Source of the DNA: Kangiellaceae bacterium
GTDB taxonomy: Bacteria; Pseudomonadota; Gammaproteobacteria; Enterobacterales; Kangiellaceae
Direction: 5' to 3'
Length of the DNA stretch: 64,000 nt
Assembly (NCBI GenBank): GCA_013373015.1
Contig: JABXIQ010000001.1
Coordinates: 2,198 to 66,197 of the forward strand
Shown here: piece after piece, positions 1 through 10,216 of the stretch
Layout of the letters: the number at the start of each line of letters is the position of its first letter
Position numbering within the stretch: position 1 is the stretch's first letter
Notes under the pieces: model-generated
Told to the model about the DNA's origin: nothing
Seen by the model: the letters and a program-made list of their open reading frames with translations, nothing else
Databases searched by the model: none
Made by a program: the position numbers and the translations under genes

Positions 1-283
1 TATGCCATATTTCAATAAATTTTTTCTTTTTCCTTCCGTTCAAGTTATTTATATACTCACGCGCTGCATTTTTGTGCGTAGGAAAGTGTTGCAATAACTC
101 AGCATTTAGGTTTCCTTCTTCGGATAAGATCGAATGCAGAAAAGGCCAAATTGCGCTTTTGAATTTTTCATATTCAGCTTTGGCTTCACCGCGTTTTGCC
201 CTTACCTCAAATATACGAATTCCAATCCAAGCAGTTACCAGAACAGGTAACAAGGTAAGTAAATATTTATCAATATTCTCCAT
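1..283 (-). CDS. hypothetical protein, 3' end cut by window edge (94 N-terminal codons visible)
   Basis: Hand translation of the minus strand from ATG (complement of 281-283) gives an uninterrupted frame to position 1: MENIDKYLLTLLPVLVTAWIGIRIFEVRAKRGEAKAEYEKF... It has one N-terminal hydrophobic helix. It is absent from the ORF track because it is open-ended. No family recognised. Confidence 0.35.
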   Translation of the reverse strand, partial: MENIDKYLLTLLPVLVTAWIGIRIFEVRAKRGEAKAEYEKFKSAIWPFLHSILSEEGNLNAELLQHFPTHKNAAREYINNLNGRKKKKFIEIWH

Positions 284-716
284 CGTCTATTGGGTTCTAA
301 CATAATAATACCAGAATTCGATTGTAACACTCTGATTTTAAATGTAAAAAATTTGAAGTGTCGATTTTATGGCTAATACCATACTAAAGGCGGCCATAAA
401 ATGCATGATCCCTCTGAATTCCGATGCCCCTAAAGGTACTTCCTTCGCTCCTAATTTTAGGATTAGAGTACCGCTTAATTACTTTTCTTTATTTAATATC
501 AATAAGTTACCTTTAAGTCCCTTACTTTTTTTTCACCCACTTTTCAGGTTTTGCTTATAGCGACCGTGTTCATCCATAATAATATTACTCGTAACAGCAA
601 TGGTTGATTTTAGAACAGGCAAATAGTGAACAAGCAAATATTGAGTAAAAACCTAATAAAATACAGCTCAATTGGTCTGAACAGCGCTGAATTTAGTGAA
701 AAATCACCACAAACAC

Positions 717-745
717 TTGACCATATCCTGCTAGCTCACTAGGAT
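717..745 (+). promoter_or_regulatory. candidate sigma70 promoter for ispB
   Basis: TTGACC (717-722), 17-nt spacer, TAGGAT (740-745), about 70 nt upstream of the ispB ATG. Motif match only. Confidence 0.25.
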
Positions 746-818
746 TGCGGTGCGTTTTTATGATATTTACGTTAGACACAATAACAACCCATCAAAAGCA
801 TATAAATTAGAATTACCA

Positions 819-1790
819 ATGATGACTTTAGACCAGATCCAAGCACTAGTGGCTGACCAATTCGAAAGCACCAATCAGATCATTCTGGATCGTTTGCAAT
901 CCGACGTGGTGTTGGTCAATCAAGTGGGTCATTATATCGTAGCTGCTGGCGGTAAGCGTTTGCGCCCTATGTTGTTATTGCTAACTGCTAACGCATTGAA
1001 TTATAAAGGTAATTATCACAGTAACTTGGCTGCGGTTATTGAACTGATTCACACCGCTACCCTACTCCATGATGATGTGGTTGATGAGTCTGATTTACGT
1101 CGTGGCCGTCAAACAGCCAATGCTATGTTTGGCAACCAAGCCTCTGTTTTGGTTGGCGATTACCTCTACAGCCGTTCGTTCCAGATGATGGTTGAAGTGG
1201 GCGAAATGCGCGTCATGGAAGTGTTATCAGAAACCACCAATCAAATTGCTGCTGGCGAAGTACTGCAGTTGATGAATGTTAATGATCCTGATGTTAACGA
1301 AGCCAATTACTACCAAGTCATTGAGCGCAAAACCGCTATTTTATTCGCTGCAGCCACCCAACTAGCAGCCATTCTTGCTGGCGCAGACCAAGATACCGAG
1401 CAGGCACTACGCGAATACGGTATGCAATTGGGTATCGCTTTCCAGCTAGTGGACGATGCTCTGGATTATGCGGCCAATACCGAAGAATTGGGTAAAAATG
1501 TTGGTGATGATCTCGCCGAGGGCAAGCCTACTCTACCCTTGATCTATGCGATGCAACATGCGGATGAGGCTGGAAAAGAGCTGATCCGCCATGCTATCGA
1601 ACAAGGTGGTTTGGATTCTATGGATGCTATTTTGGATATTATCAAACAAACTGGCGCCATCGAATACACCTATCAAGCAGCAGAACAAGCCGTAGCCAAA
1701 GCTATTGAGTCCATTTCAATATTAGCTGACAGTGAATACAAGCAAGCGCTTATTGCTATTGCCGAACTTTCTTTGAAGCGCAACTCTTAG
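819..1790 (+). CDS. ispB: octaprenyl-diphosphate synthase (trans-polyprenyl diphosphate synthase)
   Basis: Track ORF 750-1790 (GTG start) trimmed to ATG 819 (MMTLDQIQ..., 323 aa, the usual IspB length). Both Asp-rich motifs are present: LLHDDVVDESDLRRG and FQLVDDALDY. Confidence 0.9.
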   Translation: MMTLDQIQALVADQFESTNQIILDRLQSDVVLVNQVGHYIVAAGGKRLRPMLLLLTANALNYKGNYHSNLAAVIELIHTATLLHDDVVDESDLRRGRQTANAMFGNQASVLVGDYLYSRSFQMMVEVGEMRVMEVLSETTNQIAAGEVLQLMNVNDPDVNEANYYQVIERKTAILFAAATQLAAILAGADQDTEQALREYGMQLGIAFQLVDDALDYAANTEELGKNVGDDLAEGKPTLPLIYAMQHADEAGKELIRHAIEQGGLDSMDAILDIIKQTGAIEYTYQAAEQAVAKAIESISILADSEYKQALIAIAELSLKRNS

Positions 1791-2012
1791 TGAACTGGCA
1801 GCAAGGCTCAAGCTCAGCAGTACAAACGGTAAATACCGCTTTATACAAAAACTTGGCAAAATTCCTCACTTTAAGGGGTGCATGGCGTTTTATTTTCTGA
1901 GATAATAGCGCGCAATTTTTAAGCAGCTGATTTAATTCCAAATCCGTTGTTTTATTCATGAAAGTTGCGCATCAAAGGTCATATCAAACCTTTGTATTAC
2001 GAGGAGTAATTG

Positions 2013-3614
2013 ATGTCTCGCCAGATCGATTTAAGCCAATACGGCATACACTCAGTATCAGAAATCGTCTATAACCCGTCTTACGACCTATTATTTGAAG
2101 AAGAAACTCGCAGCGATAACCAAGGTTATGAGCGTGGTGTAGTGACGGAATCAGGTGCTGTCAATGTAGACACAGGGATTTTCACTGGTCGTTCACCAAA
2201 AGATAAATACATTGTGATGGACGACGTGACTCGCGATACCGTTTGGTGGTCTAAAAATGGCGTTAATGATAATAAAGCCATTTCTCCTGATGTTTGGACT
2301 GACTTAAAATCTTTAGTCACTAAGCAGCTTTCTGACAGCCGCTTATTCGTGGTTGATGCTTTCTGTGGTGCTAATGAAGATACTCGCTTAAAAGTACGCT
2401 TCATTACCCAAGTAGCATGGCAAGCACACTTTGTTAAGAATATGTTTATCCGCCCTACCGATGCTGAATTAGAAGGTTTCGAGCCAGATTTCGTGGTAAT
2501 GAATGGTTCTAAAACGACTAATCCAGATTTCGAAAAGCACGGCATGAACTCTGAAAACTTCGTAGCTTTCAACTTAACTGAAAAAATTCAATTGATCGGC
2601 GGTACTTGGTACGGCGGCGAAATGAAAAAAGGTATGTTCTCAATGATGAACTACCTATTGCCATTAAAAGGCATTGCTTCAATGCACTGCTCTGCAAATG
2701 TCGGTAAAGATGGCGACGTTGCGATTTTCTTCGGTTTATCAGGTACTGGTAAAACAACTCTTTCAACTGATCCAAAGCGTGCTTTGATTGGTGACGATGA
2801 GCATGGTTGGGATGATAATGGCGTATTCAACTTTGAAGGTGGTTGTTATGCAAAAACAATCAAGTTGAGCAAAGAAGCTGAGCCAGACATCTACAACGCT
2901 ATCCGTCGTGATGCATTACTAGAAAACGTCACCGTTGATGCTGATGGCAACATCGATTACGACGATAACAGCAAAACTGAAAACACTCGTGTTTCTTACC
3001 CAATTTACCACATCGACAATATCGTAAAACCAGTATCAAAAGCTGGTCACGCGAAAAAAGTGGTTTTCTTAACTGCTGATGCTTTCGGTGTGTTACCACC
3101 CGTTGCAAAATTAACGCCTGAGCAAACCCAATACTACTTCTTGTCTGGCTTCACAGCTAAACTAGCAGGTACTGAGCGTGGCGTAACTGAGCCAACCCCA
3201 ACCTTCTCATCATGTTTTGGTGAAGCCTTCTTGAGCTTACATCCAACCCAATATGCAGAAGTTTTGGAAAAACGTATCGAAGCGGCTGGCGCAGAAGTGT
3301 ACCTTGTAAACACTGGCTGGAATGGCACAGGTAAGCGTATTTCAATTAAAGATACTCGTGGCATTATTGACGCGATCATGGATGGCTCTATCGAAAACAC
3401 CACTTTCGAAAACTTGCCATACTTTAACCTAGCGATTCCAACTGAATTAGCTGGCGTTGATACAGGTATCTTAAACCCACAAGACACTTATGCAGATAAA
3501 GCTGAGTGGGATATCAAAGCGAAAGATCTTGCTGAACGCTTTGTAAACAACTTTAACCGTTTTGCTGACAATGATGCAGCTCAAGCATTAATTGCCGCAG
3601 GCCCTAAAGCTTAA
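2013..3614 (+). CDS. pckA: phosphoenolpyruvate carboxykinase (ATP)
   Basis: ATG 2013 lies 6 nt after GAGGAG (2001-2006); the track start 2010 is TTG. ATP-PEPCK signatures [11 protein letters not shown] and LIGDDEHGW are present, and the length of about 533 aa fits. Confidence 0.95.
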   Translation: MSRQIDLSQYGIHSVSEIVYNPSYDLLFEEETRSDNQGYERGVVTESGAVNVDTGIFTGRSPKDKYIVMDDVTRDTVWWSKNGVNDNKAISPDVWTDLKSLVTKQLSDSRLFVVDAFCGANEDTRLKVRFITQVAWQAHFVKNMFIRPTDAELEGFEPDFVVMNGSKTTNPDFEKHGMNSENFVAFNLTEKIQLIGGTWYGGEMKKGMFSMMNYLLPLKGIASMHCSANVGKDGDVAIFFGLSGTGKTTLSTDPKRALIGDDEHGWDDNGVFNFEGGCYAKTIKLSKEAEPDIYNAIRRDALLENVTVDADGNIDYDDNSKTENTRVSYPIYHIDNIVKPVSKAGHAKKVVFLTADAFGVLPPVAKLTPEQTQYYFLSGFTAKLAGTERGVTEPTPTFSSCFGEAFLSLHPTQYAEVLEKRIEAAGAEVYLVNTGWNGTGKRISIKDTRGIIDAIMDGSIENTTFENLPYFNLAIPTELAGVDTGILNPQDTYADKAEWDIKAKDLAERFVNNFNRFADNDAAQALIAAGPKA

Positions 3615-3630
3615 GCAGACAGTTATAAAT

Positions 3631-3673
3631 AAAAAAGCCCAGGACTATTATTAGTACTGGGCTTTTTTATTTT
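3631..3673. terminator. bidirectional rho-independent terminator between convergent pckA and 3683-4579
   Basis: Stem AGCCCAG (3636-3642) pairs with CTGGGCT (3657-3663). An A-run precedes it and a T-run follows it. Confidence 0.7.
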
Positions 3674-3682
3674 AGAAAAGAA

Positions 3683-4579
3683 TTACCGATTATAAACAAC
3701 TGCTAAGCGGTTATTGTTTTTATCAATAGCTAATCGACTAATTCCATGAATTCCCTGCTTAGCTAAGTCAGCAATTTCTTCCAGCGTTTCAGTCGATTTA
3801 CGATAAAGTTTAGAACCTTGCCCAAAAACAACTTCTCGATCATTTAGCCAAACATAGTCCTGAACATCTTTCGCTAACACTATGCCAGTATCACTAATTT
3901 CATGCACACCATTAATTAGGTAAATATAATGAACACCTTCTTTTTCAATGGTGAAACTGACTAGATTTTGTTGTAGGCGTTGAATACAGCGACCAATGTT
4001 TTCTGCAATCACCATCGGTTTACGATTAGCGTCTGTGTGCAATACTTGTAAAGTCATCACATCGCCTAACACAAACACTGGCGCTTCTTTATCATTTAAC
4101 CAAGCATGATATCCCACAGGCTCTATCGCTGTCGTAAAGGTATGTTGTTCACCAGTATCAATGCTAAGTTGGTTTAAATATTGTTTACCATTGGCGTCAG
4201 CCACGCCAATAATGGTTAGAACACCATCTTTATAGGGGGTTGGCGAATATTCACTAGAGTCAGTGGAATGACTAATATTGCTCAAGTGCTTGGCTGCAAA
4301 ATCATACTCCATGATATCTGTTTGAAACTTATCCTTCCCCTCACCATCTTTTCCGTTGAGACCTCGAGTAAAATAAATAATTTTACCGTCATTAGAAAAT
4401 TTAGGCTGGTTATCGTATCCTGTGCGGTAGGTTAAATGGAAAGGTCTGTTATCAACAGTCACCTTATCGCCACCAACTGAATAGTTAAAAATGGCTATAT
4501 CATTACTCGGTAATTCAGCAGCCTTAACAATACTTGAGCATACAAGCCCTACGACAATAAACTTAAGTAATTTCATCAT
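3683..4579 (-). CDS. periplasmic TolB-like (PD40/WD40-like) beta-propeller repeat protein
   Basis: 298 aa with a signal peptide (MMKLLKFIVVGLVCSSIVKAAE...). PD40-type repeat signatures YDNQPKFSNDGKIIYFT and SEYSPTPYKDG are present. Confidence 0.6.
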   Translation of the reverse strand: MMKLLKFIVVGLVCSSIVKAAELPSNDIAIFNYSVGGDKVTVDNRPFHLTYRTGYDNQPKFSNDGKIIYFTRGLNGKDGEGKDKFQTDIMEYDFAAKHLSNISHSTDSSEYSPTPYKDGVLTIIGVADANGKQYLNQLSIDTGEQHTFTTAIEPVGYHAWLNDKEAPVFVLGDVMTLQVLHTDANRKPMVIAENIGRCIQRLQQNLVSFTIEKEGVHYIYLINGVHEISDTGIVLAKDVQDYVWLNDREVVFGQGSKLYRKSTETLEEIADLAKQGIHGISRLAIDKNNNRLAVVYNR

Positions 4580-4603
4580 AATTAATAATATCTGTTGTTT
4601 TTA

Positions 4604-6361
4604 TTAAGCGAACACTTCTGGCAGCGATGAATAACACACAATTTTTTCACCAGCCTGTTTATCCCCTACCGCTTTTTTAAGCGCCAAACGCTTCTCAGTA
4701 AACTCAAAAGGCGCATCCACTTGAATTGCATAATGACGCACATTTTCAGACACTAAAACCTCACCTGGCTCTGCCATGGTTTCTAAGCGTGCTGCAAAAT
4801 TTATAGCATCCCCTTCAATATCTAACTGCTCAGTAATTTCATTATGTGTTAATTTTACTTCGCCAATATCAAGACCAATTCGCAAAGCAAAACCTGCTCC
4901 TGCGAGTACTTTTTGGATCATCGCGGCGCAATTTAACGCTTGTTGAACACTTTGGAAAGTCGCTCTTAGTGAATCACCTTCCATATTAGGGTAACTGGCT
5001 TCCCATTTTCGTAAAACAGGTTTTAATAAACCTCTGAACAAAGATAACTTTTCGGTTCGCTCTTCTTCCGACCAATGCGAAAAACCTTTGAGATCGGTAA
5101 ACAAGACAGCTAAACGACGTGTTTTGGCATCACTATCAATTTCTGAAAGTTCTAAGAGTTTTGGCCAATACTTATCCTTAATGGCTTGTAGTGATTCACG
5201 AATTTCAAACTGCAACTTGCGTTCAGATTGTAAACTGATCTGAATAGACTGTAATTTTTCTGCTTCTTGCTTCAAACTAGCTTCAAGCATAGTTGGATTC
5301 AAACCACCCGTATCTTCAACCACTATGATCACTCGAGTATCACCAGGCTCATTGCGAATATCACGAATACGTAATTTACAGCCCCAATAACTGGCTTCTA
5401 AATGCTCAATTAAGAATGGTAAAGTGGCTAAATCTTGATATGACAACATACGTTGATAGCGCAGAACGAAAGTAATTTTATCTGCAAATAATTTTTCAAA
5501 TTGATTTTTGGTGTAATGAGTATATTCACGACCACGCTGATCCCAACTGGCATGAGAACATTCAATGTTGCGAATTGACCAACCCGTTGTTTGTACCTGC
5601 CATAATTTTGCAGAACTCAAATCAGAATCATCTAAATTGGCGCCAGCTAAGTTGGCTTCACGCAAATCAGCGCCTTTGAGCTTAACCTTTGATAAATTAA
5701 AACCTGATAAATCTTGCCCATGTAAGTTGGCATTACTTAGATTGGCTCCCTTAAACAGAACACCATCGATATTACAGCTTGAAAGATCAACATCAGAAAG
5801 ATTGGCATTGATCAAATTCGTATCGCGCAGGTTAACTTTTTCCATCTTGGCGCCGATGACTTTAGCACCTTGCATATCTAAACCTTCTAGGTTTTGCCCA
5901 CGCAAATCAGCACCACTTAAATTCGCTTCTCGCAAATCTTGCCCACGCAAATCATGGTCTCGCAAATCTACATTTGAAAAGTCCGCACGATAACAAATGG
6001 CTGTTAATAAATTTGCATTAAGTAAATTAGCATGACTAAGATTGGCACAATTGAGGTTTGCAGCAATCAGCTTGGCGTTACTCAAATTGCAATAGCATAA
6101 ATTAGCATTGGTTAAATTACTGGCGATCAATGCTGCATTTTTTAGATCGGAATAAGCAAGATTTGCTCCGATAAAACTTGCTTCAGAGAGATCACAATCC
6201 GAAAGATCAAGACCTCGCAAATCTTGACCATCAAAATCAAGTTTTGCCTTAGGATTATCATGACGCCATTGGTTCCAAGCGTCAGCCCCTTCAGTTAAAA
6301 TTTTTAATAGTTCTTGTTTTTCCATAGACATCTGAGTCATACCCAATTTCTGCGCAACCAC
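4604..6361 (-). CDS. pentapeptide-repeat protein fused to a class III adenylate/guanylate cyclase domain
   Basis: About 215 aa of tandem A(D/N)LxX pentapeptides (ANLSHANLLNANL..., ADLREANLAGANLDDSDLS). These are followed by a roughly 150-aa linker with a coiled-coil-like stretch. The C-terminal cyclase core reads LAVLFTDLKGFS, GDSLRATF, RIGLDIGEV, GDAINFAARLE. The track start 6361 is GTG; in-frame ATGs at 6340, 6331 and 6325 are alternative starts. Confidence 0.8.
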   Translation of the reverse strand: MVAQKLGMTQMSMEKQELLKILTEGADAWNQWRHDNPKAKLDFDGQDLRGLDLSDCDLSEASFIGANLAYSDLKNAALIASNLTNANLCYCNLSNAKLIAANLNCANLSHANLLNANLLTAICYRADFSNVDLRDHDLRGQDLREANLSGADLRGQNLEGLDMQGAKVIGAKMEKVNLRDTNLINANLSDVDLSSCNIDGVLFKGANLSNANLHGQDLSGFNLSKVKLKGADLREANLAGANLDDSDLSSAKLWQVQTTGWSIRNIECSHASWDQRGREYTHYTKNQFEKLFADKITFVLRYQRMLSYQDLATLPFLIEHLEASYWGCKLRIRDIRNEPGDTRVIIVVEDTGGLNPTMLEASLKQEAEKLQSIQISLQSERKLQFEIRESLQAIKDKYWPKLLELSEIDSDAKTRRLAVLFTDLKGFSHWSEEERTEKLSLFRGLLKPVLRKWEASYPNMEGDSLRATFQSVQQALNCAAMIQKVLAGAGFALRIGLDIGEVKLTHNEITEQLDIEGDAINFAARLETMAEPGEVLVSENVRHYAIQVDAPFEFTEKRLALKKAVGDKQAGEKIVCYSSLPEVFA

Positions 6362-6580
6362 TCTGTAAATAATAACGGATCATAAAGCTATTTACACCTA
6401 TGACTTATGGGATCACGCTTCCACTATATAGCTGGTCATTATTTATACCATACCTAACCTTAATAAAACAGCCTAACGACTTGTTTTTGCTTGTATATAG
6501 TAGCGCGAAGAGTAGAATAAATTAATACAAATTTCCGCATAAAGTTATCAACAAACGAGTAGAAAAAAGTAGAGCTAATT

Positions 6581-6931
6581 ATGACTCATCCATTTGAAGA
6601 TTTTCGTCAAAAACGTGAACAAGGTAATGCTAAAGCATTGGATACCAATAGCCTTTTAGTCAAACGCTTTTTTGGACTGGATAAAACCGCCTATGGTGAT
6701 GGCGCGTTAGATAAAAAAACCAAAGAGCTACTTGGTCTTGCCACCTCAATGGTTTTACGCTGTAACGATTGCATCGATTACCACCTTGAACAATGCGTCA
6801 AACAGGGATGGAGTAAAGATGAGCTGGACGAAGCTATGGGCGTTGCTATGTTGGTGGGCGGCTCTATTGTCATTCCACATTTACGTCATGCCAAAGAAAG
6901 CCTTGAGTTTTTGTTCGCTGAAACTGAGTAA
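6581..6931 (+). CDS. carboxymuconolactone decarboxylase / AhpD-like family protein
   Basis: 116 aa with the family CxxC-x3-H signature (LRCNDCIDYHLEQC). Confidence 0.75.
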   Translation: MTHPFEDFRQKREQGNAKALDTNSLLVKRFFGLDKTAYGDGALDKKTKELLGLATSMVLRCNDCIDYHLEQCVKQGWSKDELDEAMGVAMLVGGSIVIPHLRHAKESLEFLFAETE

Positions 6932-6938
6932 TAGTTTT

Positions 6939-7628
6939 TTAAGCATCCAGTACTTGTTTTACAAACGGAATCGTTAGCCGACGTTTGGCTTGTAACGAAG
7001 CATGGTCTAAGCGTTCTAACAGATGGTTCAAACTTGGTAGATCGCGTTGCTGGCGTGATAATAAAAATTGCGCCACATCTTCCGATAATTCCAAACCACG
7101 CTGTTGAGCTTTGTTGCTTAAAAATTGTAATTTGTCTTGATCTGACAAAGGCTTGATTGCATGAATAAACATAGCTGAAAGTCGAGACTTGAGATCTGGC
7201 AAATACGTTTTTAAGTATGCTGGTGCCTCAAGGCCTGTGATGACCAAACTTTTGCCACCATCTTTAAAGCTATTGTATAGATTGAAAATAGCGGTTTCCC
7301 ACTCTTGATCGCCAGTTACAGCTTCAAAGCCGTCTAAACAAACACAATCAAATTCACTAAGGCCATCCAGCATCTGTGGAACTAACATGGTATTATCCAG
7401 CGGCAAATAAGCTATCAAAGATTGCGGATAATGCTCTGAATATTGTTGTGCTAAGGCTTGTAATAAATGACTACGACCACTCCCTGAATCACCGTACAGA
7501 TAAATAAATTCTTGCTGGAGAGGCGCTATAGCTTGTAGCTGAGCTAACAAAATGTCATTGTCACCAACGATATAATTATCGAAAGTAGCGTCTTCTTTAA
7601 GTTCTATATGGAGTGGAATTTGTTGCAT
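6939..7628 (-). CDS. hda: DnaA regulatory inactivator Hda
   Basis: 229 aa. It has an AAA+ Walker A-like motif YLYGDSGSGRSHLLQA, a box like PDLKSRLSAM, and the C-terminal RRLTIPFVKQVL typical of Hda. Confidence 0.9.
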   Translation of the reverse strand: MQQIPLHIELKEDATFDNYIVGDNDILLAQLQAIAPLQQEFIYLYGDSGSGRSHLLQALAQQYSEHYPQSLIAYLPLDNTMLVPQMLDGLSEFDCVCLDGFEAVTGDQEWETAIFNLYNSFKDGGKSLVITGLEAPAYLKTYLPDLKSRLSAMFIHAIKPLSDQDKLQFLSNKAQQRGLELSEDVAQFLLSRQQRDLPSLNHLLERLDHASLQAKRRLTIPFVKQVLDA

Positions 7629-7631
7629 GCA

Positions 7632-8222
7632 CTAGCTTTCAATACGATCTACGGAGCCTGTTCCGGCCTTGCCATCTGCTTTGGCCTGTTTGTAATTGGT
7701 AAAACCAAGCCAAACATAATGCGCTCCACTGATGATACAGGTTGCTATGACAGTTAACTCTAAACCGTTCAATAACCATAATGGCAAGCTGAACCATGAA
7801 AGGTGTACTAGCACTAGTAATACCAATAAAATCAGCAGCGCCGTATTCCATTTGGAAATTAATGAAGGTCGCATATCATACGGACCAACCGCATAATGAT
7901 AAGTAGTTGCGCCGCCAATGATAATGATATCGCGCGCGGTGGAAATCCAAAAAAGATTCCATGAAATATGTCCCTTGATGACCAACAACAGCAAAGCAAC
8001 AAACAACAGTAATTTATCGGCCAAAGGATCGGTAATAGATCCAAAGCGGCTTTGCCATTTGAATTTTTTAGCGAGCAAGCCATCAAGTCCATCTGACACA
8101 CCTGCTATCAAAAAAATTATCAAGGCTTGAGAATAGTCACCATTCAATAAATACAAGGCGAAAGGTATTATCAGGATAACCCGCAAAATAGTGATTATGT
8201 TAGGCAATACGCTTAAACTCAT
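7632..8222 (-). CDS. CDP-alcohol phosphatidyltransferase family protein
   Basis: The signature D-G-x2-A-(R/K)-x8-G-x3-D-x3-D is seen as DGLLAKKFKWQSRFGSITDPLAD. The protein is multi-pass and hydrophobic, and its start lies 3 nt downstream of the hda stop codon. Confidence 0.8.
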   Translation of the reverse strand: MSLSVLPNIITILRVILIIPFALYLLNGDYSQALIIFLIAGVSDGLDGLLAKKFKWQSRFGSITDPLADKLLLFVALLLLVIKGHISWNLFWISTARDIIIIGGATTYHYAVGPYDMRPSLISKWNTALLILLVLLVLVHLSWFSLPLWLLNGLELTVIATCIISGAHYVWLGFTNYKQAKADGKAGTGSVDRIES

Positions 8223-8319
8223 GATTTTATTAAAAAAACTCGTTACTCATTCTAACTTTTCTAGCCCTGTGCTCGACTCAACTATTCTATTCAACACTCG
8301 CCTCAAGCATTCGATCTAA

Positions 8320-9387
8320 CTAGTCTACCCAGCGAAACACAGTATAATCGCCACCCGCTGACATAGAGTCTGACGATGACAGCCGCAAATTATTCCCTAT
8401 TTCGATAGCGCTAATCAAGTTTTGTGCGTTACTCAATGCGTCAACTGCAAACAGCACCTTATCACCACGAACTTGAACCGCGTTTACCGCTTTAACCATA
8501 CTTAAATTAGCCAGATGATTGCGCGCTTTTGCATAACTATCAATCGAATGAATATTCTCGACCATAATATAAAGAGTTTGCGCTTGGCTTGATAATACTA
8601 CCGCCAACTTGCTTGAAAGTTGATCGGCAATCTTATCCATCATTGCAGAAACCGCTTGTTGTTGGGTTGCGCCACTGGTCGTAAAAGTTTGATTATCGCC
8701 ACCCATATCAACCGTCCAGCGTCCTTTCCATTGACCACTATCTTGTAACAGTTGTCCTGCTACAACAAAATCCGATGTATAACGGCGAGAAGCTCTTTCT
8801 AATGAACCTACCGAACGCTCCCACACATCACTCACTTCAATCGACGTTTGATCGTCCATATCCATAACAGGAACTTTGATCGGCAAGCCACGACGAGCGG
8901 CTGCACGCTTCAAAGCAACGCCTACCGTATCGTCGCGCTCCGCTGCCACACGGCGTTCGCCACCTTCTTCAACCGCGACCCAAAACACACCCGATGGACG
9001 GTCTTCGCTCCAAATTGGCTGACCAGCATCACGCAATACACGCAAAACAGCTTTACTATCAAACGTAGCAACTAACAACAAAGGCTTGTCATATACAATT
9101 TGCTCTGCCAAGCCTAGCTTGCGATATGTATATTGACGCATATAGTCATTGGCATTACCAATAGCGCTTCGTATCGAACTGGATTGAGTGACGCCCTCTT
9201 TGCCGCTGACACGCACCAGCACTTCCGCAAAAGCATTGGCAACAGCACGCTGGCGCTGCGCCGTTGACTGATCATCAACAGGCCAAGTTGCTGAATACAA
9301 ATTATTGACCTTTTCAGCCTGAACCGCATTGAAAAACGAGCTAGAGACAAGAATGAACAGAGAAACAAACTTAACAAGTCGCGCCAT
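8320..9387 (-). CDS. secreted protein of unknown function (DUF2066-like)
   Basis: 355 aa with a signal peptide (FILVSSSFFNAVQAEK). The position between purM and hda matches the DUF2066 gene as I recall it from other gammaproteobacteria. The family assignment is from memory and synteny, not from a search. Confidence 0.5.
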   Translation of the reverse strand: MARLVKFVSLFILVSSSFFNAVQAEKVNNLYSATWPVDDQSTAQRQRAVANAFAEVLVRVSGKEGVTQSSSIRSAIGNANDYMRQYTYRKLGLAEQIVYDKPLLLVATFDSKAVLRVLRDAGQPIWSEDRPSGVFWVAVEEGGERRVAAERDDTVGVALKRAAARRGLPIKVPVMDMDDQTSIEVSDVWERSVGSLERASRRYTSDFVVAGQLLQDSGQWKGRWTVDMGGDNQTFTTSGATQQQAVSAMMDKIADQLSSKLAVVLSSQAQTLYIMVENIHSIDSYAKARNHLANLSMVKAVNAVQVRGDKVLFAVDALSNAQNLISAIEIGNNLRLSSSDSMSAGGDYTVFRWVD

Positions 9388-9658
9388 GAAAAATTCCTAA
9401 ATTATTTTTTATTTTCAATAAGTTATCCGAAACTTACTTTTCAAAAAGTTTTCTGAGTCGAACAAACCACTTACCTTAATCTGTAGCATTATCATTACAA
9501 GAGCTGAGCCATTGCTGAATGAGATTTGTTCAAGCAGCACATATTCTATCAGTTTTTATCTTAGACGCTAGGTAAATAGCCCACATCTTTAGAATGTTAA
9601 CAATTGGCTAACACAAGCCTATAATCACTACATAACTAAAATTATACAAATCACCAAC

Positions 9659-10216
9659 ATGATTAATCATCAACAAGCTCAGCAAATATTGACCCAATCA
9701 GAAATATTGATCGATCAGGAGATTATCGAGCAGGCTATTGAGCAATTAGCTCAAGAAATAAAACATCAATTGGCGCATAAAAACTTGTCGGCCTTTTGTA
9801 TTATGAACGGTGGCTTGTATTTTGCTGGCCAGCTATTAAGACACCTTGACATCCCTTTAACTATCAATTACTTACATGCGACACGTTATATTGATAATCA
9901 GGGCACATCTGAGCTAAGTTGGCTACAAAAACCGCAGCAAAATTTGATCCAAGACAAAGATATTCTCTTGATAGATGATATTTTTGATGAAGGTATTACC
10001 TTAGAAGCCATTGTCAAAAGCTGTCACGAACTGGGAGCACGGAGTGTCAATAGCGTGGTGTTGATAGATAAATTACATGATCGAAAGCCACAAACAGGAT
10101 TTCAACCTGAATTTATCGGTTTGCCAGTAGAAGATCGTTATATCTTTGGTTGTGGAATGGACTACCAAGGATTTTGGCGTAATTTACCAGCAATTTATGC
10201 GCTAAAAGACCTTTAA
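9659..10216 (+). CDS. hpt: hypoxanthine(-guanine) phosphoribosyltransferase
   Basis: 185 aa with the PRPP-binding loop ILLIDDIFDEGITL and type I PRTase length. Confidence 0.75.
   Translation: MINHQQAQQILTQSEILIDQEIIEQAIEQLAQEIKHQLAHKNLSAFCIMNGGLYFAGQLLRHLDIPLTINYLHATRYIDNQGTSELSWLQKPQQNLIQDKDILLIDDIFDEGITLEAIVKSCHELGARSVNSVVLIDKLHDRKPQTGFQPEFIGLPVEDRYIFGCGMDYQGFWRNLPAIYALKDL

Noticed and set aside
72-560. Track ORFs 72-305 (+) and 369-560 (+)
   Set aside because: ORF 72-305 is antisense to the better open-ended minus-strand frame 1-283. Both have Cys/Phe/Leu-rich low-complexity translations, no ribosome-binding site and no recognisable family. They are treated as non-coding.
1756-1959. 67-aa minus-strand ORF between ispB and pckA
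   Set aside because: It overlaps the ispB 3' end. It has no ribosome-binding site and no motif, and it lies in an intergenic region that probably carries the pckA promoter.
2126-3487. Several minus-strand ORFs (2126-2572, 2569-2775, 3134-3487, 3157-3345) inside pckA
   Set aside because: They are antisense shadows of a strongly supported gene. Their translations have Ser/Arg/Leu-rich composition typical of the reverse frames of coding DNA.
5565-5993. 142-aa plus-strand ORF antisense to the pentapeptide-repeat region
   Set aside because: The periodic repeat DNA keeps the opposite frame open by chance. Its translation (KLAPAKLASRKSAPL...) is simply the mirror image of the repeats.
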